IMG/VR virus record: IMGVR_UViG_3300041409_000508
Span: 7,199-71,198 of that record
Direction: 5' to 3' (one strand)
Source of the DNA: a virus
Length of the DNA: 64,000 bases
Part shown: piece after piece, positions 29,261-38,388 of the stretch
Position numbering within the stretch: the first letter of the stretch is position 1
Layout: each line of letters opens with the position of its first letter
Notes under the pieces: model-generated
Seen by the model: the letters and a program-made list of their open reading frames with translations, nothing else
What the model was told of the DNA's origin: nothing
The model's database searches: none
Translations under genes and position numbers: made by a program

Positions 29261-29573
29261 TTCCGAGCTGCATGTAGATGTCGGGATCGACACGCATTAC
29301 CATGCCACTGCCGACGTCTCCTAACCCCACCAGACCATCCGGTGAGATCCGGCGTACGAACCATCGGGCAGCGAGCCGGATAGTGCCGAGCTGCACATCG
29401 AGCGGCACCGTCCAAGGTCCGTTGTAGCTCAGATCTGGCCGGTGTGCCTGGACCCAGACCATCGCTGAGTCCAGTGTCCGTTGCAGTGCTTCGTCATCAT
29501 GCGGGGTCAGCGCATTGTCCAGCGTCTGATCATTCTTCAGTGCTTCCAGCGTCACCCACTGAACTTGAGCCAC
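29241..29573 (-). CDS. Head-tail connector (gp6/gp15-like)
   Basis: VTLEALK..DDEALQR and LGTIRLAARWFVRRISPDG motifs. Confidence 0.8.
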   Translation of the reverse strand: MAQVQWVTLEALKNDQTLDNALTPHDDEALQRTLDSAMVWVQAHRPDLSYNGPWTVPLDVQLGTIRLAARWFVRRISPDGLVGLGDVGSGMVMRVDPDIYMQLGIMGGLA

Positions 29574-29814
29574 TCTCACCTCCGAATATCGAATACCAGA
29601 GAGCAACTATTCGACGAGCGTCTAATAATCGATCTATGTCGGGATGATCGATTCGTTGGTGAGACAGATCTTCAAGATTAGCGTCAATCACTGCAATAGT
29701 GCCTGCATTATACCAAACGTCACAATAACCAACTAGAATAAACGCAGATTCTGCAGGACTGCCTTTGACCCCTGGACGAAGATAGTCAGCTCTCATATCT
29801 CTGTCTGACGTCAT
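29530..29814 (-). CDS. Small protein, paralog of 37884..38081
   Basis: YNAGTIAVIDANL...HPDIDRLLDAR. Confidence 0.6.
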   Translation of the reverse strand: MTSDRDMRADYLRPGVKGSPAESAFILVGYCDVWYNAGTIAVIDANLEDLSHQRIDHPDIDRLLDARRIVALWYSIFGGESGSSSVGDAGSTEE

Positions 29815-29833
29815 ACCTCAGCAACTGTCCGGG

Positions 29834-30328
29834 CTAGCGCTTAGATGCGTCCGGCTTCGATGACGCTGTGGGTGTCGACGTCGAGTACCGAGTAACGCTA
29901 GGCCCAGCGTCTTTCGCTGCCAGCGCATCAGTTTTGACTGCCTTGCTCTCCCGAGTCTGCCGGCCGCGGGGTGTCTTGCCGTCGTCTTCGGTGGTCTCGT
30001 CGTCCACCTCAGGATCACCCTCGAAACCGAGTGCGGCAAGATTCTTCTTAGCAGCCTTCACCCGCTCATCGTTACCGTGGCGCGTGGCGTTGCGGTGCTC
30101 CTGCATGGCTTGGCGGATCTGACCGGCACGCTGGTAATTCACGCCCATCTCCTGTGCCTTGACGATGCCAGGGTCAGGGTTTCCCTGCTGGTCCAAGGTG
30201 TTTTCCTTCGCTGCTTCTAGATCAACATTCTCCAGATCAGGGATGTCAGTGACCGGAGCCGAGCCCGCGGTCTCTGGATCTGGCAAGACGTACTTCTCCG
30301 GCCCTGTGTCAGTGTCGTCGTCAGCCAC
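29834..30328 (-). CDS. Acidic/charged head-region protein
   Basis: Open frame between the capsid accessory genes and the connector. Confidence 0.55.
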   Translation of the reverse strand: MADDDTDTGPEKYVLPDPETAGSAPVTDIPDLENVDLEAAKENTLDQQGNPDPGIVKAQEMGVNYQRAGQIRQAMQEHRNATRHGNDERVKAAKKNLAALGFEGDPEVDDETTEDDGKTPRGRQTRESKAVKTDALAAKDAGPSVTRYSTSTPTASSKPDASKR

Positions 30329-30683
30329 CAGGCACCACCAATACTTCGACACGGAAGGTCACCGTTGGCGACCCTGTCCCACCCACGGTAGCCAACACCT
30401 GAATGTACTCAGCCGGTACATAAGCATTACTCTGCGCACTGCCTATCGCGGTCATCTGCGTGATGGCCGAGCTGGTCAGCGACGTCCAGGTAGAGCCGTC
30501 CGGGCTGGTCTGCAGCAGGACGTCCAGTGTCTGTGTGGTGCCGCCCACCGCGGAAGCGAACACCCACAGCCCGACGTTGCTGGTTGCACCGGGATTGGCG
30601 ATCGGTCCCGATGAGTACGTGCCGGCAGCTCGTAAGGTGGCTACCGGTATCGCGGTATCCACCAGCATTGGTCTTAGTGCCAT
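30321..30683 (-). CDS. Putative capsid decoration protein
   Basis: Downstream of the capsid gene; TLDVLLQTSPDGSTWT motif. Confidence 0.65.
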   Translation of the reverse strand: MALRPMLVDTAIPVATLRAAGTYSSGPIANPGATSNVGLWVFASAVGGTTQTLDVLLQTSPDGSTWTSLTSSAITQMTAIGSAQSNAYVPAEYIQVLATVGGTGSPTVTFRVEVLVVPGG

Positions 30684-30692
30684 ACCGCTCCC

Positions 30693-30899
30693 TTAAACGA
30701 GTGTTGCAGTAAAGTCGATTGGATTACTGGCTAACAATGTATTCAACGCGGTCACCGCAGCGGCCGCGTTAGCGCCCAAGTGAGCGACAAAATGATCGCG
30801 GCCGCTGTAGTACACCCAGACATCGCCGTTGGACTGAATCTCAAAATTAGTTATCTGTGCGTCATGCCAATACGAGTTACCCGCGCGTACGTACGCCAT
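30693..30899 (-). CDS. Small hypothetical protein
   Basis: GAGGA SD; co-oriented after the capsid gene. Confidence 0.55.
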   Translation of the reverse strand: MAYVRAGNSYWHDAQITNFEIQSNGDVWVYYSGRDHFVAHLGANAAAAVTALNTLLASNPIDFTATLV

Positions 30900-30939
30900 A
30901 CTTCATCCTCTCAGTCAGTAGTCAATTGACTACTCTCCG

Positions 30940-32361
30940 TTAGAATGATGGCGTGACCAAGCCGGTCCCACTGATCTTTGACATAGCGTTGGCATATCTG
31001 CGCATAGAATATGCGAAGTAACCGTACAGGACCAATAAGATCCCAAGGTTAGCGGCTGCCGGCTGTTCGCATCTTAAAAAGACCGGAGCTGCGGGGTCCT
31101 CCCATAAGTGGCACTCGTCAGTAGCGATTACATACGCTTCATCCTGGTTAGTACCTGCACCCGTGTTCGTGGCGATGTTGTTGTCCACTACAGCAACCAT
31201 GCCATTCGGCAGGATGCCTCTCGCGCCCCGGCCGTAGGAGGTGGCGTAGTTCTCGCCGCCGCGGTTGTCAGCGATGTTCGGCTGGCCGAAGAGTGGCCAC
31301 TGGGAGCTGAGTTGGCTCTGCAGCCAGTACCAGCGCCTACTGTGCATCAAGACCACGTCAGGCTGTGCGAAGCCCAGCAATGCAGCCTCAGTAGCAGCAG
31401 CGCCGGCCAGGAACTTCGGCCAGATCTCCACACCGGACGGGTTGGCATCGGTGTAGGTGATCGCTGCAGCCACTGCGGACAGCCCCGTCGTCGCCTGGTT
31501 GATCAGTGTCGAGTCCAGGTTGGTGGCGTAACGACGGAAGAGGTCATCCATGACGATCTCTTCGATGCCGGTGCCACGTTCCGCAGCCTGCCGAGAGATG
31601 GTCTGCTGACCGGCTGCTGTCTGGATGTTCTCCGTCAACAGCGTGTCATCCATGTTGGTTTCGGAAACTGACACGTTTTCTGTTGCTTGTGCGGCTACTG
31701 AGCTTGGCGTCGTGATCTGTGAGATGTTGACTGTCATACCACTAGCCGGCAGGTCGTGATGATTGCAGACATCAGCGAACGGACGCAACGCCGCCACTGC
31801 AGGCGCATACATATCGGTGAGGTATTGAGGCACCGTGAGGCCGGTGAAGGCGCCCGTGCCTACTGCACGCTCTAGATACTGGCCACGCTCGATCTGCTCT
31901 TCATGCATGTGCTTGGCAAGTCGCGTGCTGGCACCCACATCACCGAAGAGATGCTGACGGATCACATCCTGGCAAAAAGCTGCACCCTTGCGGTCGTTAC
32001 CTTTATGATAGGTACGCTCTTCACGCCCTACTCGCGTCACCTCATCATAAGCAGGTTTACGCGTGCCGGTCGGCGTGATCTCACGCGCTGTCTTCTGGTC
32101 GCTCATCTCTTCGGACTTCAGCCGAAGAATCTTCGCTAGCTTGTTATTGATACCCTCAATGTCATGCTGTACCTGTGTACCCGCGACCTCTAGTTCGGCG
32201 ACGCGGTTGTCCTCTTCAGGAGTGAGGTTAGACCGTCCCTCCTGACGTGCTTGGTTGATAATTGCTAGAATCTCCATGCGCATTTTAGTGCGACGCTTCT
32301 CAGCGGCTTCCTTCTCGAACTCGGTACCTGCTTCCAGATCCCCGATGGTAGTACTCGGCAT
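30940..32361 (-). CDS. Major capsid protein (HK97 fold) with N-terminal scaffold-like coiled coil
   Basis: GLTVPQYLTD, TAAGQQTISRQ and VVDNNI motifs; follows the protease. Confidence 0.9.
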   Translation of the reverse strand: MPSTTIGDLEAGTEFEKEAAEKRRTKMRMEILAIINQARQEGRSNLTPEEDNRVAELEVAGTQVQHDIEGINNKLAKILRLKSEEMSDQKTAREITPTGTRKPAYDEVTRVGREERTYHKGNDRKGAAFCQDVIRQHLFGDVGASTRLAKHMHEEQIERGQYLERAVGTGAFTGLTVPQYLTDMYAPAVAALRPFADVCNHHDLPASGMTVNISQITTPSSVAAQATENVSVSETNMDDTLLTENIQTAAGQQTISRQAAERGTGIEEIVMDDLFRRYATNLDSTLINQATTGLSAVAAAITYTDANPSGVEIWPKFLAGAAATEAALLGFAQPDVVLMHSRRWYWLQSQLSSQWPLFGQPNIADNRGGENYATSYGRGARGILPNGMVAVVDNNIATNTGAGTNQDEAYVIATDECHLWEDPAAPVFLRCEQPAAANLGILLVLYGYFAYSMRRYANAMSKISGTGLVTPSF

Positions 32362-32382
32362 AGCGGTCCATCCTTCCACTCA

Positions 32383-32410
32383 TTGACCGCCAGAGGCGGG
32401 GGTCTATAAT
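32383..32410 (+). promoter_or_regulatory. Near-consensus sigma70-type promoter antisense to the late operon
   Basis: TTGACC-16 nt-TATAAT with ATG 6 nt downstream. Confidence 0.75.
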
Positions 32411-32416
32411 CACTAC

Positions 32417-32578
32417 ATGACTGAAGATCGATTAACGCATATCAAGCAATCTCTTGATGATATGAAAACAGCAGAGACTGTCTACATTGAAGGATTTATA
32501 AGTTATCAAGACGTACTATGGCTGGTTGATGAATTAACTAGCCTTCGTCAGCGAGTAATGCGCTCCGAATCAGACTGA
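32417..32578 (+). CDS. Leaderless 53-aa antisense miniprotein (not in track)
   Basis: MTEDRLTHIKQSLDDMK...DVLWLVDELTSLR; AT-rich. Confidence 0.65.
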   Translation: MTEDRLTHIKQSLDDMKTAETVYIEGFISYQDVLWLVDELTSLRQRVMRSESD

Positions 32579-33521
32579 TCGACCGACCGTTAGCTCGCTT
32601 CTCTTCAGGCTTGTCAAATCTCGCCTGTAGCTGAGTTAATGCTGCTCTCGCAGCACCGGAGGGGAGCCGGTCGACTTCGTTAAGCAAGCGATGTGCTCTT
32701 GCTGAAATGCTAGTGTGCGGGTTAGCTCCGTAATTAACCGCTGATACGTCTCCGCAGTGCAAGTCGAGCTCCAGCATGGTGAAGGTCGTGTACTCATCAT
32801 CCCACTCACCTTCCTGCAGCATAGCGGCGAAACTCATCTGGTCGACACAGCCGTCTTTGATCGCCACCATGAGATCCGAGACGTCTGTGCGCAGCGGATT
32901 AAGCCATGCTTCAGTGGCCAGTCCGTCCTCACTGGAACTGAGCTTCAGTGTGGCGTTGGTGGTTCTAGCCATGGTCAGACCCTTGTGATTGACCAGGAAC
33001 GCCACATCAGGTTGTCGAGACAGTGACGCATCGAATGCTCGCCCACTGACCTTCTCGGTATAAGGGCCGAACATATCCCACATCTCATACGGCGTCTCCA
33101 CCACAGAAGCCACCCCGGACAGCCGATGCCAGAGACTGTCGCCGTCGTCCTGTGGTGCTCTGGCACACTCACACGTGGTGTCAGAGCAGCCGCGGCGGTG
33201 CAGACCGGCTGTCAGTTGTGCGGGAAACGCCAGCGTGCGGGAGGTGCCGACGTCGAGTGGCTGTGCTGAGCGTGCCAGCTTCAGCCCTGGCACGTCGGTG
33301 TTCTCGATCGCTTCCCGGCGCATACGCGCAGCACCGGCCCGCGTCACCTCTAGATCGACCACGCGGTCTCCCTTACTCTCATTAGCATAGAGCGCCGATA
33401 GCTGCGCGTTCGCTTGATCTTTGGTTTCGTGACAGCCCATTGTCGAACCATCGGCGTCTTTCAGCACTGCCCACTGCGAAGCACTGCATGTGCCACCGCT
33501 ATGCTCAACGTGATAAGGCAT
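32538..33521 (-). CDS. HK97-family prohead protease
   Basis: G.ASV, AF..SL, FLVNH, ARTTN.TL.L, DQMSFA and DVSAVNYGANP motifs. Confidence 0.9.
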   Translation of the reverse strand: MPYHVEHSGGTCSASQWAVLKDADGSTMGCHETKDQANAQLSALYANESKGDRVVDLEVTRAGAARMRREAIENTDVPGLKLARSAQPLDVGTSRTLAFPAQLTAGLHRRGCSDTTCECARAPQDDGDSLWHRLSGVASVVETPYEMWDMFGPYTEKVSGRAFDASLSRQPDVAFLVNHKGLTMARTTNATLKLSSSEDGLATEAWLNPLRTDVSDLMVAIKDGCVDQMSFAAMLQEGEWDDEYTTFTMLELDLHCGDVSAVNYGANPHTSISARAHRLLNEVDRLPSGAARAALTQLQARFDKPEEKRANGRSISLIRSALLADEG

Positions 33522-33988
33522 TAAGCGTTGCTTGGGTTTTTCACACCACTAGGGGTACTCGGCACTCCAGTGTCATTAGGTGCCGGTGTCGTCGAATTAG
33601 CGTTCGAGTCATCGTCATCAATCGTCAGATCACCATGCAGCGGCGCGAAATCGTCGGCATCACCAGCTGATTTCTGAATACCCACCGCTTCGTCAGCGTC
33701 TTTCTTGTCCTTGTCCTTCTCATCCTCGGTAGCGGCGTCCTTCTTCACCGAAATCTTATTGTCGTCCTTGTCGAACAGTGATTCTTTGTCATCTTTCTTA
33801 TCGGACTCCTTCGGCTTGCCGGTGTTACTCTTGGTGTCAGCTCGATCCAAGGTCGCAGCCCGCGTCAACTCACCCACGCGGAAGCTGCTGGCCTGGCGCT
33901 GGCTGATCGGCGTCACGTTCTGCCGGGTAGTCGGCGGCGTCGCAGCACCCGGACGGAACGTGCCGGTACGTGCGCGATTGACAGTCAC
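33521..33988 (-). CDS. Charged low-complexity protein
   Basis: AGGGAG SD before GTG 33988; D/K-rich; TAATG coupling to the protease. Confidence 0.55.
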   Translation of the reverse strand: MTVNRARTGTFRPGAATPPTTRQNVTPISQRQASSFRVGELTRAATLDRADTKSNTGKPKESDKKDDKESLFDKDDNKISVKKDAATEDEKDKDKKDADEAVGIQKSAGDADDFAPLHGDLTIDDDDSNANSTTPAPNDTGVPSTPSGVKNPSNA

Positions 33989-34009
33989 GAGAGATCTCCC
34001 TTGTGTTGA

Positions 34010-34030
34010 CAGTACAGTCTGTGGTAGGAT
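34010..34030 (+). promoter_or_regulatory. Phage promoter motif, 1-unit form
   Basis: CAGTACAGTCTGTGG-TAGGAT with ATG 7 nt downstream. Confidence 0.8.
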
Positions 34031-34037
34031 GTAGCTC

Positions 34038-34292
34038 ATGAACATTGACGAACTTAAATCTCAATGGTGCGGATCAAAAGTTCGCACCGAACGACCACTC
34101 ACCGCAGAAGAGTTTCCTGAGTGGCTCCCTATGGGGGTTCTCAGTGAAGACTGGTTTCCGGGTTTCAAGTTCGGTGGTGAAGGTGTTGTTATTAACTTCA
34201 CCGAACGATCAGGAAAGATTTGGATGCAGACTGACTGGGGCATGGAATGGGTTATTGATGATCAAACAGAAATCATGCTTGTCACTTGGTAA
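34038..34292 (+). CDS. Leaderless antisense cassette gene
   Basis: 84-aa ORF that fills the gap up to the portal stop. Confidence 0.7.
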   Translation: MNIDELKSQWCGSKVRTERPLTAEEFPEWLPMGVLSEDWFPGFKFGGEGVVINFTERSGKIWMQTDWGMEWVIDDQTEIMLVTW

Positions 34293-34293
34293 T

Positions 34294-35523
34294 CTAAGCA
34301 TCGGATTCCGCAGGTACTGGAGCAGTAGGCGACGGTGTTGGTGGTCCAGGCTGTGGGCGTGGCGGCCATAACTGGTCGAACTCAGCTCTGTCCGCAGCAG
34401 TCAGCGGCGGTAGATCGTCAAGCAAACGTGCTTCAGACGGTGTCAGTACACGACCAGCTACTTTCATGTTTATGATCTGTGCTTGCGTAAGTGGATCCAT
34501 GCGTAACAGTGCGTTGGTATTCAACTTACAAAACTGACGATTAGGAAGCAGCTTATTAAGACTATTCTCACGTCGAATAACTGTCGGACCTAAGCTCATC
34601 GTCAAGAACTGCAGGTTTCGCTGTGTCACATTTGCATAAGTCACCGATGACCCAGAGATGGCGGAGTCTATAAGGTCGCTAGGACAGTCGAAGAATCGTG
34701 CTATCTCAGTCGGTCCAAGCTTGCGAGCTTCGATCCACTCCATTCCTGTCTGCTCAGCCTGGACCATGTTGTATTCCCAGTCCTTGCCAGTGACCAATAC
34801 GTCACCAGACGCTACTGATTCTTTGACCAGTGCTTTGACGTCTCGCATCTGGTCACGAGTCGGTGTCGGGAGCATGGTGTTCTGTAGATGTCCACGCGGA
34901 ATACCGCCGTTAGTGAACCACGAGATAGCGAAGTCCTGAATACTCAGATGCTCCCCGATACTCCATGCTGCATACATAATCGGAGAAAGACCAAGATGAA
35001 AGCCTGCGACAGTGTACTGTTTCTCGTGCCAAATCTGCCGCGGTGGGTAGGGATGGCCACGGATGAAATACTCCACCAAGACATTGTCTACGATATTCAC
35101 TGACACCCAGGCGAGTGGCACCAGTTGGATAACGGCCGGCAAGCCGAAACCGTTTCGTTCAGTGATCAACCCAATGCTGTTGCCCGCTCTGTCTAAGTCA
35201 AATTGGGTGCTATACATCCACTCCATATAGTCGACGCACTCACCACCAGGGTTGATCAGGATCGGTGGCCTGCTCACCTCAACGTCAGCAATGCCGTACT
35301 GGCCCTTGCGGTAGCAGTCGATCGGGAACGTCGAGATCAGGTTGGCTCGCAACCGTAGGCATGCCCAGACAGCTGAGTGTCGCAGTGCTGAGTCATTGTT
35401 GATCATATGGCCAGGAGCGAGCTGCATACTCATGCGATGCGGGATCACATCAGACGCCATCGCACCGGGGTACTCCCCGAAGTACGGGCCTTCGATATTA
35501 GCAGTCCTGAAGAGCAAGCTCAC
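34294..35523 (-). CDS. Portal protein (HK97 family)
   Basis: ALRHSAVWACL, GLSPI, F.NGGIP.G, EIARFF.CP, TYANV and LTPSEAR motifs. Confidence 0.95.
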   Translation of the reverse strand: MSLLFRTANIEGPYFGEYPGAMASDVIPHRMSMQLAPGHMINNDSALRHSAVWACLRLRANLISTFPIDCYRKGQYGIADVEVSRPPILINPGGECVDYMEWMYSTQFDLDRAGNSIGLITERNGFGLPAVIQLVPLAWVSVNIVDNVLVEYFIRGHPYPPRQIWHEKQYTVAGFHLGLSPIMYAAWSIGEHLSIQDFAISWFTNGGIPRGHLQNTMLPTPTRDQMRDVKALVKESVASGDVLVTGKDWEYNMVQAEQTGMEWIEARKLGPTEIARFFDCPSDLIDSAISGSSVTYANVTQRNLQFLTMSLGPTVIRRENSLNKLLPNRQFCKLNTNALLRMDPLTQAQIINMKVAGRVLTPSEARLLDDLPPLTAADRAEFDQLWPPRPQPGPPTPSPTAPVPAESDA

Positions 35524-35685
35524 TGAGTGCTTGCCCCCTGCAGATGCTCTGGCCACGGCCAGGACAGCGCTACCGACAACATCCGCAGCCGGTCCAGCTC
35601 CATCTCCAGCCGCTCTACGTCTGTGCAGCTAGAGCATAGTGTGGTCTGGTCTTCGGAGCACAACATGCAGGCTCCCTTGCTCTGG

Positions 35686-35706
35686 CAGTACAGTCTGTGG
35701 TAGTAT
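35686..35706 (+). promoter_or_regulatory. Phage promoter motif, 1-unit form
   Basis: CAGTACAGTCTGTGG-TAGTAT with ATG 6 nt downstream. Confidence 0.8.
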
Positions 35707-35712
35707 CTAGTT

Positions 35713-35883
35713 ATGCAAAATATCGCCTATAGCGACAAACACATTGTTCATCGTAATGGAGATCCTGAATATCTATGGCCACTCTGTCGTATCTCACAAG
35801 AGCATCGTCCTAAAAAGTTTATTCTCACCGATCGTCTTGTTGACTGCCCACACTGTCAAGAACTACTTAACAGAAGGAGGTGA
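35713..35883 (+). CDS. Leaderless 56-aa H..C..CxxC miniprotein (not in track)
   Basis: IVHRNG..EYLWPLCR...TDRLVDCPHC. Confidence 0.65.
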   Translation: MQNIAYSDKHIVHRNGDPEYLWPLCRISQEHRPKKFILTDRLVDCPHCQELLNRRR

Positions 35884-36057
35884 CATCTCGCGCTGGCGTC
35901 GGGCGACGAGCGCAGCAGCACCCAGCAGCACGATGCCGGTCACCGCCAACCCAACCCAACCGATCCAGACAGCCGCCAAGAAGCCCAACCCAGCCGCCAC
36001 CAGCAAGATGCCCAGCACCTCTAGCGCCAGGATCACGATCTCATTGACTAATCTCAC
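35863..36057 (-). CDS. Small two-TM protein between terminase and portal
   Basis: Hydrophobic hairpin typical of this position in HK97-like phages. Confidence 0.65.
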   Translation of the reverse strand: MRLVNEIVILALEVLGILLVAAGLGFLAAVWIGWVGLAVTGIVLLGAAALVARRQREMSPPSVK

Positions 36058-36293
36058 ATCAGGAGACTAACCATGCTCGCATCAACACTACTTATCGGGG
36101 CACTCATCATGCTTACGCTCACTGCTTGTTCGTGTGTACTGATTCAATATCACACAAGACGAATCATGGAGTATCAAGAAACTCTTGTTCGTCGTCAGGA
36201 CACTGCGGTGTCGTCCGACTCATCAGTTCATAGGTCAGCGTAGCCAAACCCCACCAAGCCAGTCCCGATACACCCACGATCAGGAGTTTTCTC

Positions 36294-36476
36294 ATGAAAT
36301 GGCAAGATCGAGTAGCACTTATCGCTATCGCGGAAGTATTAGCTGAGCATCTTGAGAGTTGTGAAGACATGAAAGATAACGCGCTACTTCCTAGTGACCG
36401 AGTTCGAGGTGCGATAAAGAGTCTTACGGACAGCTATGCTGACGACTATCAGCACATCGATTCCAACACATCGTAA
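36294..36476 (+). CDS. Antisense small protein
   Basis: AGGAG SD; 60 aa; overlaps the terminase 3' end. Confidence 0.5.
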   Translation: MKWQDRVALIAIAEVLAEHLESCEDMKDNALLPSDRVRGAIKSLTDSYADDYQHIDSNTS

Positions 36477-37900
36477 GCCCGAGCTCCGTACACCGCTAAC
36501 CCATGCAGTGCCAGTGCAATGGCGAGTACCGGCGAGACGCTGTCCTCACTGCGTCGGCGGCTGAAGCTCCACAGGCCGTCACCAATATCACGCTTCTGCG
36601 CTATCCGAATGGCCTCACTGATGCAGGGCTGGTTGAGGTGACGCAGCTCGTCTATCGCGGTCGTCGCCTTGTGTAGCGCGCCACACGCCTGTCCTAGCTC
36701 ACGCACCCCGACCAGCTCAGGCTCTATCCCCGCGGCGCGTAAATCCTCCAGCAACGCTCCTGCCGGTCCCGCTGGATCGAGCACCCAGGCTGCCGGCGAC
36801 CACTGCTCCTGTAGCTCTACAGCGCGTTCCACCAGCCAGGTCACTCCCTGGCGGTGATCCAGTACGTCATCCCGACTGGTGACCTCGACATGCGGGATAC
36901 CGTCGATTCGATAGCCGGACACCGCGATACAACCGTACGACAGGTCTTCGTCTACCTCGATAGAGAAGACCATCGGGCTGGCTATTACCGACAGTGGGTC
37001 GGCCAGTAATGCCCACAGATTGAGATCGATGATCGGAGCACCCAGCGGGTCATCCCAGACACCAAGTACCTCACGAGCGAACTGATCTTCTGGCATGGAC
37101 CGCTGCGCGATCTGCAGCGTCTTCACTTTGATTCGTATCCCGAGAGCAGGATTAGCCATCGCCCAAGCAGCAGGCATATTGGCTACGTACTCAGGAGCTG
37201 CCTGATAAACCTCGCTAGGAATCGACCACTCGTAGTAAGCCAACCCTGGGTCTTTCGATATCCCACGATCACGAATCCTGCGCAACGCATCAGAATCCTT
37301 CTGGCCAGCACTGGAAATATACCAAATCTGCCAATTCTGCCGAGCGAAGAGAATCGGCATCAACGCGCCCATCTGAGTAGCCGCCAATGCGAACGCCTCA
37401 TCCATGAGGATCACATCGTATCCCGACCAGCCACGGGCACTGGTTGCGGTTCGAGCGACGAAGTCTATTCTCGCTCCTGACCGCAGAGTTATCGAGTAGT
37501 CGTTGGTACTGGCTTTGACCTTCTTCACCTCACGATCGAGATCAGGCGCGTTCTCGATCATGCGTATTGTTTCTTCATGAATCTTCTGTGTCGTCGTCAT
37601 GATGTGGCTGGTATAGATCACTCGTGACCTCATCAGAAACACCGCGTGCAGTGCGGCTACTTGCATGGTCACTGTCTTGAGGTTCTGCCTCGGCACGACC
37701 AAACCGACCTCAGGAGCTGACCACTCGCCGTCCTCTGTGTGCCCCAGCGCTCCCCACAAGATCCTCTTCTGTGCCGGGTCCATCGGCATGCCGGTCAGCG
37801 CGGCCAACTCGATCGCATCAGCACCAGAGCTGGTCACCCACGGCGGCACCGACTCGATCCGCGGTACCTGGCTGCCGATCAGTTTAGGGACAGCTATCAT
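36449..37900 (-). CDS. terL: Terminase large subunit
   Basis: VPRQNLKT (Walker A variant), ILMDEA (Walker B), YISSAG, ANPALG and FAREVLGVW motifs. Confidence 0.92.
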   Translation of the reverse strand: MIAVPKLIGSQVPRIESVPPWVTSSGADAIELAALTGMPMDPAQKRILWGALGHTEDGEWSAPEVGLVVPRQNLKTVTMQVAALHAVFLMRSRVIYTSHIMTTTQKIHEETIRMIENAPDLDREVKKVKASTNDYSITLRSGARIDFVARTATSARGWSGYDVILMDEAFALAATQMGALMPILFARQNWQIWYISSAGQKDSDALRRIRDRGISKDPGLAYYEWSIPSEVYQAAPEYVANMPAAWAMANPALGIRIKVKTLQIAQRSMPEDQFAREVLGVWDDPLGAPIIDLNLWALLADPLSVIASPMVFSIEVDEDLSYGCIAVSGYRIDGIPHVEVTSRDDVLDHRQGVTWLVERAVELQEQWSPAAWVLDPAGPAGALLEDLRAAGIEPELVGVRELGQACGALHKATTAIDELRHLNQPCISEAIRIAQKRDIGDGLWSFSRRRSEDSVSPVLAIALALHGLAVYGARAYDVLESMC

Positions 37901-38081
37901 TAGCCTTTTCACATGCTAAAGCAATCTGCCGAGCTTCCAACAGAGGATCAATATCAGGATGACCAGGCGACCATCTAGCAAGATAAGAAAGATTCGCGTC
38001 AATCACGTCAACAGTTCCCGCATTATAGCAACTTCCATAATGACCTTTTACCGTATACGTCGATTCTGGTGTATTCATCAT
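37884..38081 (-). CDS. Small protein, paralog of 29530..29814
   Basis: YNAGTVDVIDANL...HPDIDPLLEAR. Confidence 0.6.
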   Translation of the reverse strand: MMNTPESTYTVKGHYGSCYNAGTVDVIDANLSYLARWSPGHPDIDPLLEARQIALACEKANDSCP

Positions 38082-38362
38082 GCACCACCACTGCTCAGCC
38101 GCTTCTCACGCTTAGCCCTGATCCGGTCCAGATCGTTGCTCTTCGGCCGTCCCAGAGCGACTCGTTCTTTCTCCTGCGCTAGCTTGCGCAGCTCCGCCAG
38201 TACCCGCTGCAGTGCGCAGCCACTCGGCTGGTGGCCCTGGTCGAACGCCAGGGCGTGCTGGCGGCCGATCTGAATCAGGCCACACTCCCGTTCCACCAAC
38301 TCAGCAGGCAGCAGGCGCACCTGAGCGAGGTAAGAGCCCAGCGCGGTCGGTCCCGTTGCCAT
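38078..38362 (-). CDS. Terminase small subunit (putative)
   Basis: Position; helical; C-terminal DLDRIRAKREKR typical of actinophage TerS. Confidence 0.7.
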   Translation of the reverse strand: MATGPTALGSYLAQVRLLPAELVERECGLIQIGRQHALAFDQGHQPSGCALQRVLAELRKLAQEKERVALGRPKSNDLDRIRAKREKRLSSGGA

Positions 38363-38388
38363 CCCAACCTCCGATACTGTCTGCTGTC

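Noticed and set aside
36449-37900. Inactive terminase because Walker A reads RQNLKT rather than RQNGKT
   Set aside because: The Lys-Thr and all other motifs are intact and the frame is unbroken, so this is more likely a family variant.
38212-38388. N-terminal extension of the ferritin-like ORF given by the track
   Set aside because: It overlaps terS on the opposite strand and is low-complexity; ATG 38389 behind a -10 fits better.
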